DNA of 38,635 bases from a virus (lineage: Duplodnaviria; Caudoviricetes). The stretch lies in IMG/VR virus record IMGVR_UViG_3300012948_000008, positions 1 to 38,635 of that record. One strand, given 5' to 3'. Below the pieces are notes generated by a model, which searched no databases, was not told where the DNA came from, and saw only the letters and a program-made list of their open reading frames with translations. A program made the position numbers and the translations under genes. Below, piece by piece: positions 26,043-34,051 of this stretch. Position 1 is the stretch's first letter. Every line of letters starts with the position of its first letter.

Positions 26043-27251
26043 TCAATTATTCGAGTCAGTCTCGACAATAAACTCGGGCCCGGCCGCGGCCTGGGCCTCG
26101 CCCTGGGCCTTGGCGGCGACGAGCTCGGCCGCGGCAATCTCGGCCCGGGCCTTGTCGATCCCCGCGCCAATCTCGCGCGCTTGATCGGCCCCGATGTTTA
26201 CATAGATCTCATAAAAGGTTGACCAGTTACTATGACCAACGATTTTCATAACTTGGATCGGCTCGCGCTTGAAAACGTGGACCATGCGAGTGATCGCCGT
26301 ATGCCGTAGATCGTGCCAGTGAAGATCCGCGAGCCCGGCCCGCGTGCAGAGGGCGGCGAAAGTCTCGCGCGGGTTGCCCGTGGCGAAAATGCGCGCGCTC
26401 TCGGGCGATCGGGTGGCCAAGTGTTCGTCAAACGCTTTGCGTAAGAGTGAAGTGACCGGGACCGGCCGCACGCGCTTGCGCCCGGTCTTGCCCTTGCAAG
26501 ACGTCGCCCAAACGATGCCGCCGGGCAAATCAACCTCAGCATCCGTTAACGAGTATTGCTCGCCCTGACGCATGCCAGTCTCTAGGGCCATCGTGATCGC
26601 AAAAGCGATCTCTTTCGATTTCGACTTGGCCGCCTCGGCGAAGAGCTTCGCCTCTTCGGCATAGGAAAGGATCCGCGAGCGCTTCGAGTCGACGCCCGCC
26701 TTGATCACGGGATCGCCGTCGTCAAAAGGGTTGCTGACGATCAATTTTTGATGCCGCGCGATCGTGAGCATGCGCCGCAAGAGGCCGAGCTCGCGGTTAG
26801 GCGTGGCCATTTTGCGATCGCCCGTGCCGCGCGTTTTCGGCGTCGCGAGACGCTCGGTCACGTACTTCGTGAGATCGTCGTGCGTGATCTTGCTGAGCGC
26901 AAATTTGCCGAAATACTCTTTCAAAAAAACGAGCTCGCTCTTGCGGTTTTTGTATGATTTCATGCCCGCAACTTTCTCGTTGCCCGCGTACACCGCCGGG
27001 ATCAAGTATTTCGCCGAGTAGGTTTCGGCCCAAGTGTTAAAGCTCGTCTCGCCCGTCGGCTTAACATAACCTTTGAGCTCGGCCTCGATCTCGGCCTCGA
27101 TCTGGTGACGCATTTTGTTGGCGGCCTGGCGGCCCTTGACGATCTTTTTCTTTTGATCGGGCGCGCCCTTGGCGTTGATGTAGCGCTTGCGAACCATAAA
27201 GCGCCCGTCGCCCAAGTCTTTAATAGTTCCGTCTTTGTGTCCTCGTGCCAT
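26043..27251 (-). CDS. int: Tyrosine recombinase (phage integrase)
   Basis: TGMRQGE (R), WHDLRH (HxxR), VGHS (H) and a C-terminal Tyr; AAGGA RBS before ATG 27251. Confidence 0.96.
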   Translation of the reverse strand: MARGHKDGTIKDLGDGRFMVRKRYINAKGAPDQKKKIVKGRQAANKMRHQIEAEIEAELKGYVKPTGETSFNTWAETYSAKYLIPAVYAGNEKVAGMKSYKNRKSELVFLKEYFGKFALSKITHDDLTKYVTERLATPKTRGTGDRKMATPNRELGLLRRMLTIARHQKLIVSNPFDDGDPVIKAGVDSKRSRILSYAEEAKLFAEAAKSKSKEIAFAITMALETGMRQGEQYSLTDAEVDLPGGIVWATSCKGKTGRKRVRPVPVTSLLRKAFDEHLATRSPESARIFATGNPRETFAALCTRAGLADLHWHDLRHTAITRMVHVFKREPIQVMKIVGHSNWSTFYEIYVNIGADQAREIGAGIDKARAEIAAAELVAAKAQGEAQAAAGPEFIVETDSNN

Positions 27252-27307
27252 TGTCTTTGTTTCCTTATCTCTTTGTTTAATTTTGGGCTTTCCGCCCTGA
27301 CAAAGAG

Positions 27308-27350
27308 ACTCTAGCAAATCATATGATAGCTGTCAAGCGAATCATAGGAT
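27308..27350 (-). promoter_or_regulatory. Sigma70-type promoter/operator, copy 2 (drives int)
   Basis: TTGACA-17 bp-TAGAGT, same 38-bp core. Confidence 0.85.
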
Positions 27351-27351
27351 T

Positions 27352-27846
27352 TTATTTAGACGGGCCCGCGGGCCGGGCCCGATGGCCACAAACGATCTTA
27401 TAGCTGAGGCCGCCGAGGTTAGCGTCGCGATCGGCCCGGAGCATCCAATCGGCACACTCGACCGGCGGGCGCTTATGCCGCGCGATTGCCTTTTGACGCT
27501 CGCGGCTCGCGAGGGCGAGGGCCTTGCGGTACTCGGCGAGCAATTGATCGTCCGAGGGCAACGCCGCGAGCTCTTGATCGAGCGCGCGGATCTCGGCGTC
27601 AGTCTCGGCCAGTTTGCGCCGATAGTCGGCGAGCTCGGCGTCGTCGTCGACGCTTCGCCCCAAAATGCGATCGTTATTCTCGCGCCTGGCGACGTCTTTG
27701 GCATAGAGATCGCGGAGTTGCCCGAGGGTGTTTCGGGTGTCTTGCTTGACGGCGACATATTCGGCCTTGATCGCGATGATCTCGGGCCGGTCTTGCGGCG
27801 GCGTGAAAGATGCGCCGAGGGCGATCATTAAGAAAAGCGCTTTCAT
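27352..27846 (-). CDS. Exported coiled-coil protein with signal peptide
   Basis: MKALFLMIALGAS N-terminus; ATGA-coupled; C-terminal Cys pair. Confidence 0.65.
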   Translation of the reverse strand: MKALFLMIALGASFTPPQDRPEIIAIKAEYVAVKQDTRNTLGQLRDLYAKDVARRENNDRILGRSVDDDAELADYRRKLAETDAEIRALDQELAALPSDDQLLAEYRKALALASRERQKAIARHKRPPVECADWMLRADRDANLGGLSYKIVCGHRARPAGPSK

Positions 27847-28058
27847 GCCCCGGCCTCGCTTTCTGCCTGGGCTTTCTCTTCGCCCTCGGCGGACCAATCG
27901 GTTAGCAATTGCAGAATCAACGCCCGCAACGAGATGCCCTCGCGCTTGGCTTTGGTCCTGACGCGGGCCCAAAGGCCCGCCGGGATCGAGTCGAGCAAAT
28001 AGCGCTTTCCGGTTTCGCCGTGCGGCGTGAAGCTCTTCGAATATCCTCGTTTTTTCAT
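27843..28058 (-). CDS. Ribbon-helix-helix DNA-binding protein
   Basis: YLLDSIP..LW..V...AKREGISLR.LI..LL. Confidence 0.75.
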   Translation of the reverse strand: MKKRGYSKSFTPHGETGKRYLLDSIPAGLWARVRTKAKREGISLRALILQLLTDWSAEGEEKAQAESEAGA

Positions 28059-28849
28059 TGTCTTGTGCTTTTCCTTTCTGGTAATAAGCCCGCCGTGCTT
28101 CGCTCGATCGGTTTCAGTTCGGTTACAACCCAGTTAGGCAAATATCCGCCTAACATTTCCTTAAACTCGGCCGCGCCGAAAATTTTATTTGCATCGCGGA
28201 TCGTGTAGGTAAACACCCGGCCGGTATCGACGTTATAAACCTCGAAGCGCTTTCGCGCCCGCCGGGCCCGCGGGGCCGCGGCCTCGCGCTTCTCACGATC
28301 GGCGAAGAGGGCGGCGCGCCGGGCCGTGCGGCCCGCCGTCTCGGCGTCGGTCTTGAGCGCGGCCTCGGCTTGGCCGAGCGCTTTTGGATCATTCGCCTCA
28401 AGCCAAGCGCGCGTTTCGGGGCAAAGGATCAAGACTTTGAGCGCGGCCTCGATCGCGTTGGCTCGGCCGGTTATGCCGATCGCTTTGAGCTCTTCGGCCG
28501 TCGGCCAGTCAGTACCCGCCTCGACGCATTCGCGCGTGAGTGAGTGCTCGACGACGGGCCGCTCGACCCGGGCCGCATCTTCGGCGTCTTGCCGATCCTT
28601 GATCGCCTGGGCCTCGGCGCTCAAACGTTGCGGCGTCTCGCAAGCGAGCAAAGCACTTTCGCCCGCGCGCATCGTAGGCGGCCGAAAATGCGTCAGTTTA
28701 TAGGGCTTGCGGCCTCGCCGCCGTGGCTTCGGGCCGCATACGTTACAGTTATCGCAATTAGAACAAAATTGTTCGTTTTCGCACTTCGGGCACGGCGAGT
28801 TGACCGTCGATCCCGAGCAAATCGAGCAAGTGTTATTTTCGGTTGTCAT
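28055..28849 (-). CDS. Hypothetical protein with N-terminal 8-Cys zinc-binding region
   Basis: CSIC...CPKC...CSNC..CNVC; first gene after promoter copy 3. Confidence 0.7.
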   Translation of the reverse strand: MTTENNTCSICSGSTVNSPCPKCENEQFCSNCDNCNVCGPKPRRRGRKPYKLTHFRPPTMRAGESALLACETPQRLSAEAQAIKDRQDAEDAARVERPVVEHSLTRECVEAGTDWPTAEELKAIGITGRANAIEAALKVLILCPETRAWLEANDPKALGQAEAALKTDAETAGRTARRAALFADREKREAAAPRARRARKRFEVYNVDTGRVFTYTIRDANKIFGAAEFKEMLGGYLPNWVVTELKPIERSTAGLLPERKSTRQ

Positions 28850-28906
28850 TGTCTGTATTTTCTCGTTTCTCTTTTTAATTTCGGGCTTTCCGCCCCAACG
28901 AGAGAG

Positions 28907-28950
28907 ACTCTAGCAAATCATATGATAGCTGTCAAGCGAATCATAGGGTT
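28907..28950 (-). promoter_or_regulatory. Sigma70-type promoter/operator, copy 3
   Basis: TTGACA-17 bp-TAGAGT, same 38-bp core. Confidence 0.85.
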
Positions 28951-29233
28951 TTATTTGAGGCCGAGCTCGCGGCGCTTTCGGTCCCAAGCTTGATCGGTCG
29001 GGGCGTCGAGAAAGCCGAGGGCGGCGAGGGCTTCGAGTTGCACGTCGCGCGCGCCGCGGCAAATCCTGGGCGGCTTGCCCGTGCGTCGGTTGATCGCGTT
29101 ATTCGCGCCCGTGCTATGACAGATCCGCGAGGCCTGGGAAAGCGCCGAGACGGCGAGCGAGGCGGCGAGATCTCGATATTTCACTGTCAACCCTAAAGGG
29201 GCACGTCGCGCATTGTTTTTTGGCTACTTTCAT
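28951..29233 (-). pseudogene. Zinc-binding phage protein split by a 1-nt frameshift near 29182
   Basis: ATG 29233 gives MKVAKKQCATCPFRVDS; the rest (KYRDL...ICHSTG...ICRGARD) is in the adjacent frame. Confidence 0.6.
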
Positions 29234-29235
29234 GA

Positions 29236-29505
29236 TCAAGGGGCGGGCGGCGGGTAACGGTTTGGGCGGCCGTAATTAACGGCGCGGGACCATCCGCGCG
29301 GCTCGGCCTGGCCGGGATCCCAACTGAGGGCCTCGCGCACGGCGAGGGCGGGATCGTCGTATCAATAACCGTCGGACCATCCGACGGCCTCGACGCTCTC
29401 GCTTAAGATGATGCGCGCCCGGGCGAATGTGAGCGGCACGACGTCGATCACGCGGCCGTCAGGCAAGACGCGCGTTAAGAGATATTCGGATCGGTCAATG
29501 GGCAT
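29236..29505 (-). CDS. 89-aa phage protein with in-frame TGA at codon 48 (candidate selenoprotein/readthrough)
   Basis: AAAGGG RBS; ...GWSDGY*YDDPALAVREALSWDPGQAEPRGWSR...; a hairpin follows the TGA. Confidence 0.6.
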
Positions 29506-29559
29506 GCGTGCGCCCTTTCGAGGGAAAAAGGGGCCGAGGGGGGATCTCTCGGTTAAAGC

Positions 29560-29853
29560 TTACCGGCCGCCGCGGTGGATCTTCGCGAGGTGGACCGAAA
29601 GCCAACGCCAACGGCGGAGGCCGTAGTCACACTCTCGCGGCGGGCGATCGTGGCAGACCGGGCACTCGACCGTTAGGCCCCAATAGCGCCCCGCCTTGCG
29701 AACGTGAAAGAGGCCCGCGAAACCGGCGGGCAACGTCGGGCTCAGATACTTAAAGCCGACCGTCGGGATTACGGCTTTTTTGGCGGCCGCGGCGGCGCGC
29801 TTCGACCGAAAGACCGCGGCCTCGGGTTTTTCTTTGCGTGCGGTTGCGTGCAT
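29560..29853 (-). CDS. Hypothetical protein with C2H2-like zinc-finger residues
   Basis: GAGGT RBS; ECPVC...H...H. Confidence 0.65.
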   Translation of the reverse strand: MHATARKEKPEAAVFRSKRAAAAAKKAVIPTVGFKYLSPTLPAGFAGLFHVRKAGRYWGLTVECPVCHDRPPRECDYGLRRWRWLSVHLAKIHRGGR

Positions 29854-29857
29854 CGTT

Positions 29858-30514
29858 TCACCTCGTTTCTAAAACCTGGGCGAGCCCGGCGCGCAGCGCG
29901 GCCGGATCAAGTGAATTCGATCGGGCATAGTGATCCAAAAAAGCGTCAGTATGCCCGGCCAAGTATGCGACATGATGCGAGAGATCGGTTGCGGGCGGCG
30001 TGCCGACCGGCCCGGGCTTACGGCCTGGCTTACGGCCGGGCTTGCGGCGCGGCGTGAGCTCGGCCCGCTTGATCCCGGCCTTGCGCGCCTCGGAGTATTT
30101 TCTAAACTCGGGATCGTTGGCGCGGGCCTCGATCTCGGCCTCAATAAAAAGCTTGCCCTTGCGTTTTATAAACCCTTGCTTGGCCCAACTAAAGATCGTT
30201 GACTGATTGACGTTGTACTTGAGCGCGGCCTCGCGCCCGCCGATCAAGCCCGCGCCCGCCTTGGGCTTGCGCCCGCGCTTGGCCGGTTTGCGGGTTTTGA
30301 GATTCGCCGATCGTTTCGGATCACTCATCGCCGCGATGATATCGGCCTCGACGAAACCGCGGCCGCGCTCATAATGCACGAGCCCGCGATCGCGCCAGTT
30401 ATATAAAATCGAATTCGAAAGGCCGAATTTTTTTTGAGCGGCCCCGGTTGAAAGAAAAACGCCGGGCTCGATGAGCACGGCGTCGCCATTGTTTGTTAGG
30501 TTTGCGGTTGTCAT
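29858..30514 (-). CDS. Tandem helix-turn-helix DNA-binding protein with basic RKPG linkers
   Basis: Two MerR/Xis-like HTH repeats (AQKKFGLSNSILYNWRDRG; AALKYNVNQSTIFSWAKQG); AAAGGA RBS. Confidence 0.8.
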   Translation of the reverse strand: MTTANLTNNGDAVLIEPGVFLSTGAAQKKFGLSNSILYNWRDRGLVHYERGRGFVEADIIAAMSDPKRSANLKTRKPAKRGRKPKAGAGLIGGREAALKYNVNQSTIFSWAKQGFIKRKGKLFIEAEIEARANDPEFRKYSEARKAGIKRAELTPRRKPGRKPGRKPGPVGTPPATDLSHHVAYLAGHTDAFLDHYARSNSLDPAALRAGLAQVLETR

Positions 30515-30644
30515 AGGGTTGTCGTTTGTCCTTTCGTTGATCGGTCAATTGCCGCGGCCGACTTTTTCGAGCACGTCGGCGAGCGGCTCGATGATCGCCG
30601 AGGCGATCGCAGCCGCGCGGACCATAGATCGGCGCGTTGGGAAC

Positions 30645-30977
30645 TTAAGCACGTTGTCGTTTTTTCTCAAGCGAGGGAAAGCGCGTCAACTTACGTTGAC
30701 GCCCGGGCCCTTTCCCGAGCAACTTGCTTTCGAGAATTATCTCCGCGATCCGATACGCGAGAAGCTCATCCGAAGAAAGCAATTTCTTTTGCTCGTCTAA
30801 AATTTCGGGTTGTGAGCGAGGGCTTTTGGATTGGCGACGAAGATAAGTCTTGACCGCGGACCGCAAGAGCATTTCGATCGTGTTCGAAAGCGTGCGGCCC
30901 TCTTGTTTGGCGATCGCGCGGATCTGGCCCTTGAGATCGGGCATAAGTCGCAAAGAGGCCTGGGCGCGTCGTTTCAT
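30645..30977 (-). CDS. Arc/Mnt-like ribbon-helix-helix regulator (repressor candidate)
   Basis: SLRL.PDLK..I..IAKQEGRTLSN.IE.LL. Confidence 0.8.
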   Translation of the reverse strand: MKRRAQASLRLMPDLKGQIRAIAKQEGRTLSNTIEMLLRSAVKTYLRRQSKSPRSQPEILDEQKKLLSSDELLAYRIAEIILESKLLGKGPGRQRKLTRFPSLEKKRQRA

Positions 30978-30985
30978 TGGCCCGC

Positions 30986-31085
30986 ATTCTATCCTGAAAA
31001 CGCGATCTCTTGTCAATACTTAGCTTGACTTGTACAGAAAGTGCACACTTTCGCTTGACATTGAACGCGGCGCGCGTGGTATCTT
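30986..31085. promoter_or_regulatory. Divergent promoter/operator region (genetic switch)
   Basis: Leftward TTGACA-19-TAGAAT (31016-30986); rightward TTGACA-19-TATCTT (31055-31085); inverted repeat GAAAGTG-CA-CACTTTC (31037-31052). Confidence 0.6.
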
Positions 31086-31140
31086 TCGCGCCCCACGCCC
31101 TTCAAGATCTGGCAATCCCCTTGTTAGCCTTGGAGTGCTT

Positions 31141-31386
31141 ATGCAATCCGATCGCAAGACAAAATCCATTTTCATTCGATGCAACGCGCAACTTCGAAGA
31201 GCTCTTGAGAAACGAGCGGCCCGCGATGGCCGCTCATTGTCAAACTACGTGAGATTAGTCCTCGATCGTCATGTAACCGAAGAGCTTACGACGCCGCGGG
31301 CGAAGCGAAAAAAGAGCGGCGAAGCTTCTAGCGAGTTTCCTTTTGCCGTCGTTTCGCCGCCAACGCGCGCGGCCGATCGCGTTTGA
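31141..31386 (+). CDS. Arc-like ribbon-helix-helix regulator (Cro-position gene)
   Basis: GGAG RBS; SIFIRC...L...LE..A..DGRSLSNYV..VL. Confidence 0.85.
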   Translation: MQSDRKTKSIFIRCNAQLRRALEKRAARDGRSLSNYVRLVLDRHVTEELTTPRAKRKKSGEASSEFPFAVVSPPTRAADRV

Positions 31387-31529
31387 CGGAATTCGGGCCC
31401 GCCCCGCTTTCACCCTGCGATCTGAGCGGGCGAAAGGGCCCGAATTGTCGCCCGGCGCGCCGTGTCTGACGCATGGCCGACCGGCGCGCCCTGGGCGACG
31501 GGCGAAAAAAAGAAAGGGGATCCAAAAAA

Positions 31530-31745
31530 GTGAGAACGAAAGACGAGGCGCTTAAACACTTCGCTTATATACCGCCGACCGAGGCGACGGGGCCGAAGTT
31601 TGAAAGCGTGACTGAGATCTTTAGCGGGGCCGTTGATCGACTTTGGGATCTCGTGCCCGACGGCCCGGGCAAGACGTACGCCTTTCGGCAATTGGCTGCG
31701 GCGCGCATGGCTTTTAATTCGGCGATCGCGCACGAGGGCGAATAA
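31530..31745 (+). CDS. Acb2/Tad1-like helical-hairpin protein (candidate anti-defence nucleotide sponge)
   Basis: AAAGGGG RBS, GTG start; F.Y.PP...L...VP.G..K..A...L..A.M..NSAIA pattern. Confidence 0.6.
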   Translation: MRTKDEALKHFAYIPPTEATGPKFESVTEIFSGAVDRLWDLVPDGPGKTYAFRQLAAARMAFNSAIAHEGE

Positions 31746-32170
31746 TGTCGCGCCGTTGCCCGCGTTGTGCACTTGAGTTGCCCGAGGATGCTTTCGGCCG
31801 ATGCCGGTCGCGGCCGGATGGTAAAAACCTCTATTGTCGCCAGTGCACGCGCGACAAAACGAGCGCGCAACGCGAGCGCTCAAGAGCTCGGCGTAAGGGT
31901 TCAGCGATCGCCCGGCCCGGGCCCGAGGCCTCGCTCTACCGGCGGCCCCGAGGGGCATATCTCGAAGTCTTTCGCCGCCTGGGCCCCGAGGATCGCGTGC
32001 TCTTCGCGATTCGCCGCGGGGCGAAGAGTTACCGCGAGATCGTGCGCTTCACCCGGCTCTCGGGCGATCAGGTAAGCGACGCGATCGCCGAGTTGCTCTT
32101 GTGGCGAAAACAGATCGGCACGCGGATCACTTCGATCGGGCGGCGTGAATATTTCGAAAAGGCGGCTTGA
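31745..32170 (+). CDS. Zinc-finger plus winged-HTH protein
   Basis: CPRC...F...DG....CRQC, then SYREI...TRLS...V..AI..L. Confidence 0.75.
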   Translation: MSRRCPRCALELPEDAFGRCRSRPDGKNLYCRQCTRDKTSAQRERSRARRKGSAIARPGPEASLYRRPRGAYLEVFRRLGPEDRVLFAIRRGAKSYREIVRFTRLSGDQVSDAIAELLLWRKQIGTRITSIGRREYFEKAA

Positions 32171-32174
32171 GGTA

Positions 32175-32546
32175 ATGAGCGAAGATCTAGCAGCAAGGGG
32201 CGCGCGGGCCCGGCGGCAATTGATCGAGGCCGAGGCCTCGGCCGTGCACGCCCTCGCCGCGGCCCGGGCCCTGATAAGCGAGCTCGAAGAGCAAAACCGG
32301 CAACTCCGCGAGGCGGCCGCCCGCGGCGATGATCAGATCTATACCGAGAAAGAATTCGCGAAGCTTTTCAAAGTTTCGTGGATCACGATCAAGCGCTTGC
32401 GCTTAGAGGGCAAGCTCTCGCCGTTTTGGTTTGGGACTCATCCGCGTTATTCGCGAGCCGCGCACGTCGCCAAGGCGGCCGAGATCTTCGGCGTGGCTGA
32501 GGCGGCCGGGCCCAAGCGCACAAGACAACAAAAGGGGGGCGCATGA
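32175..32546 (+). CDS. Excisionase-like HTH protein with N-terminal coiled coil
   Basis: GAGGT RBS; IYTEKEFAKLFKVS..TI.R....GKL. Confidence 0.7.
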   Translation: MSEDLAARGARARRQLIEAEASAVHALAAARALISELEEQNRQLREAAARGDDQIYTEKEFAKLFKVSWITIKRLRLEGKLSPFWFGTHPRYSRAAHVAKAAEIFGVAEAAGPKRTRQQKGGA

Positions 32547-32800
32547 TGCTTTGGATCATTGCCGCGCTTATCGGCGTTGGCGTTTTTCTTTTGGGCTTTT
32601 CCTTTGGCGTGTATATGAGCGAGGCGACGGCGGCCGTTTTATGGTTTCGCGAGCACGCGAAAGCCGAGACGGCCCGGCGCAAGAGCGTCGAAGAGGTGCG
32701 CGCGGCCTGGCGCGAGAAGCGCGAGCGCGAGCGCAACCGGGCGGCGCTTATCAACGAGCCCGCGGCGGCCGAGCTCGGCGAGCTCGACGGGGTGAACTAA
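32543..32800 (+). CDS. Small membrane-anchored protein
   Basis: N-terminal hydrophobic helix, charged tail, ATGA-coupled. Confidence 0.65.
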   Translation: MMLWIIAALIGVGVFLLGFSFGVYMSEATAAVLWFREHAKAETARRKSVEEVRAAWREKRERERNRAALINEPAAAELGELDGVN

Positions 32801-32967
32801 TGCCGAAAAAGGCAAAGCGCCGGGCGCATCGCGTTTTGAGCGATTCCCGGCCCTCTAACCGCCCGCCCGCAAGGGTAAGGCAATCGGTCGATCGGCGTGA
32901 TCAACGGCCTCACAAGCGCGCGCCTGGGCCAAGGCGAAGGCTTTAAGACAAGAAAGGCGATTTCCCC

Positions 32968-33672
32968 TTGACTGGCTTTTTGGCGCGTCAGGTTTTGCGC
33001 TCGGCTCTCGATCCGAATCTAAAACCGCTCGCGGTTTCCCTGGCCGTGATCGGCCCTGACGACGGCGCGCGGATCTTTCCCTCGACGCTCTATCTTGCCT
33101 GGCTTCTCGGTCTTGATCCGCGGACCGTGCGCGCCAAGCTCGCCGAGCTTCGCGGGCTCAAGATTATTGAGGCCCAAGGGCGGCGCGGCCGGGCCACTTG
33201 CTACCGTTTCAACGTCGCCAACTTGCCGCGGCGGCCGTCCTGGGCCGAGACACGAAGCGGATCCCTGGATCCGCTTGCGGGCGCGGCGAAGCGGATCCCT
33301 GGATCCGCCCAAGCGGATCCCCAGATCCGCGAAAGCGGATCCCCAGATCCGCCTATGTATAAGAGTGATGATCTAAGTTATGGGCCAAGCCCGCGCCCGC
33401 CGCAACGAAAGCGCAACAAGCTCGCGCGGCCGGGCCCCGAGCCCGAGCGACAAGCGCCGAATAGGTTAAGAGAAGCGATCGCGGCCGTCGATCAAATTAT
33501 GGATCCGCAAGGGTGTCAACGATTCGATTTTGATCGCGCGATCGCCACGATCGCGAGTCGGGCCGAATACGCGGACCGATACCACGGCGAGGATTTTATC
33601 GGGACTGTGATCTTTTACTTCCGGCAAGCTCGCGGCCTGGACCTGGCCGCGGGCGGAAAGGTGAAAGCGTAA
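32968..33672 (+). CDS. Replication initiator (N-terminal winged HTH, lambda O-like organisation)
   Basis: D.G..IFPS...LA...GL..RTV...L.EL...G...Y; contains four iterons. Confidence 0.8.
   Translation: MTGFLARQVLRSALDPNLKPLAVSLAVIGPDDGARIFPSTLYLAWLLGLDPRTVRAKLAELRGLKIIEAQGRRGRATCYRFNVANLPRRPSWAETRSGSLDPLAGAAKRIPGSAQADPQIRESGSPDPPMYKSDDLSYGPSPRPPQRKRNKLARPGPEPERQAPNRLREAIAAVDQIMDPQGCQRFDFDRAIATIASRAEYADRYHGEDFIGTVIFYFRQARGLDLAAGGKVKA
33255..33352. repeat. Four 20-bp iterons, probable replication origin
   Basis: AAGCGGATCCC(TG/CA)GATCCGC at 33255, 33289, 33311 and 33333, followed by a short AT-richer tract. Confidence 0.85.
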
Positions 33673-33676
33673 GACG

Positions 33677-34048
33677 ATGGCCACGAATGAACCGACCGAT
33701 CTGACTGAGCGCTTTGTCAGTTTGGCAACGCTCAACAATGGCGCGGCGATCGAGCAATTCGATAACGAGCTCGACGTCGTTTTACAAAACATACTCGATC
33801 CCAACACGAAGCCCGAGACAAAGCGCGAAGTGATCTTGAAAGTGGCGATCACGCCCGCCGAGCATCGCCGACACGCCGACGTCTCGATCCAAGTCACGAG
33901 CAAGATCGCCCCGGCGCAAGAGTCGCGCACGGTCTTTTTTCTCGGCAGCAAGCGCGGCCGCGCCGTCGCCGCCGAGCGTGATCTCAAACAATTATCTTTT
34001 CTCGACGAAGAGACGCCGAAGCCGATCTCTTTGGAAAGGACGAAATAA
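33677..34048 (+). CDS. Conserved phage protein (family often labelled replication terminator protein)
   Basis: GA..E.F..EL..V..NI.DPNT....KR...L...I.P...R.......SK.AP. Confidence 0.75.
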   Translation: MATNEPTDLTERFVSLATLNNGAAIEQFDNELDVVLQNILDPNTKPETKREVILKVAITPAEHRRHADVSIQVTSKIAPAQESRTVFFLGSKRGRAVAAERDLKQLSFLDEETPKPISLERTK

Positions 34049-34051
34049 GTT

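Noticed and set aside
30012-30047. 12-bp tandem repeats
   Set aside because: They encode the RKPG linker of the tandem-HTH protein
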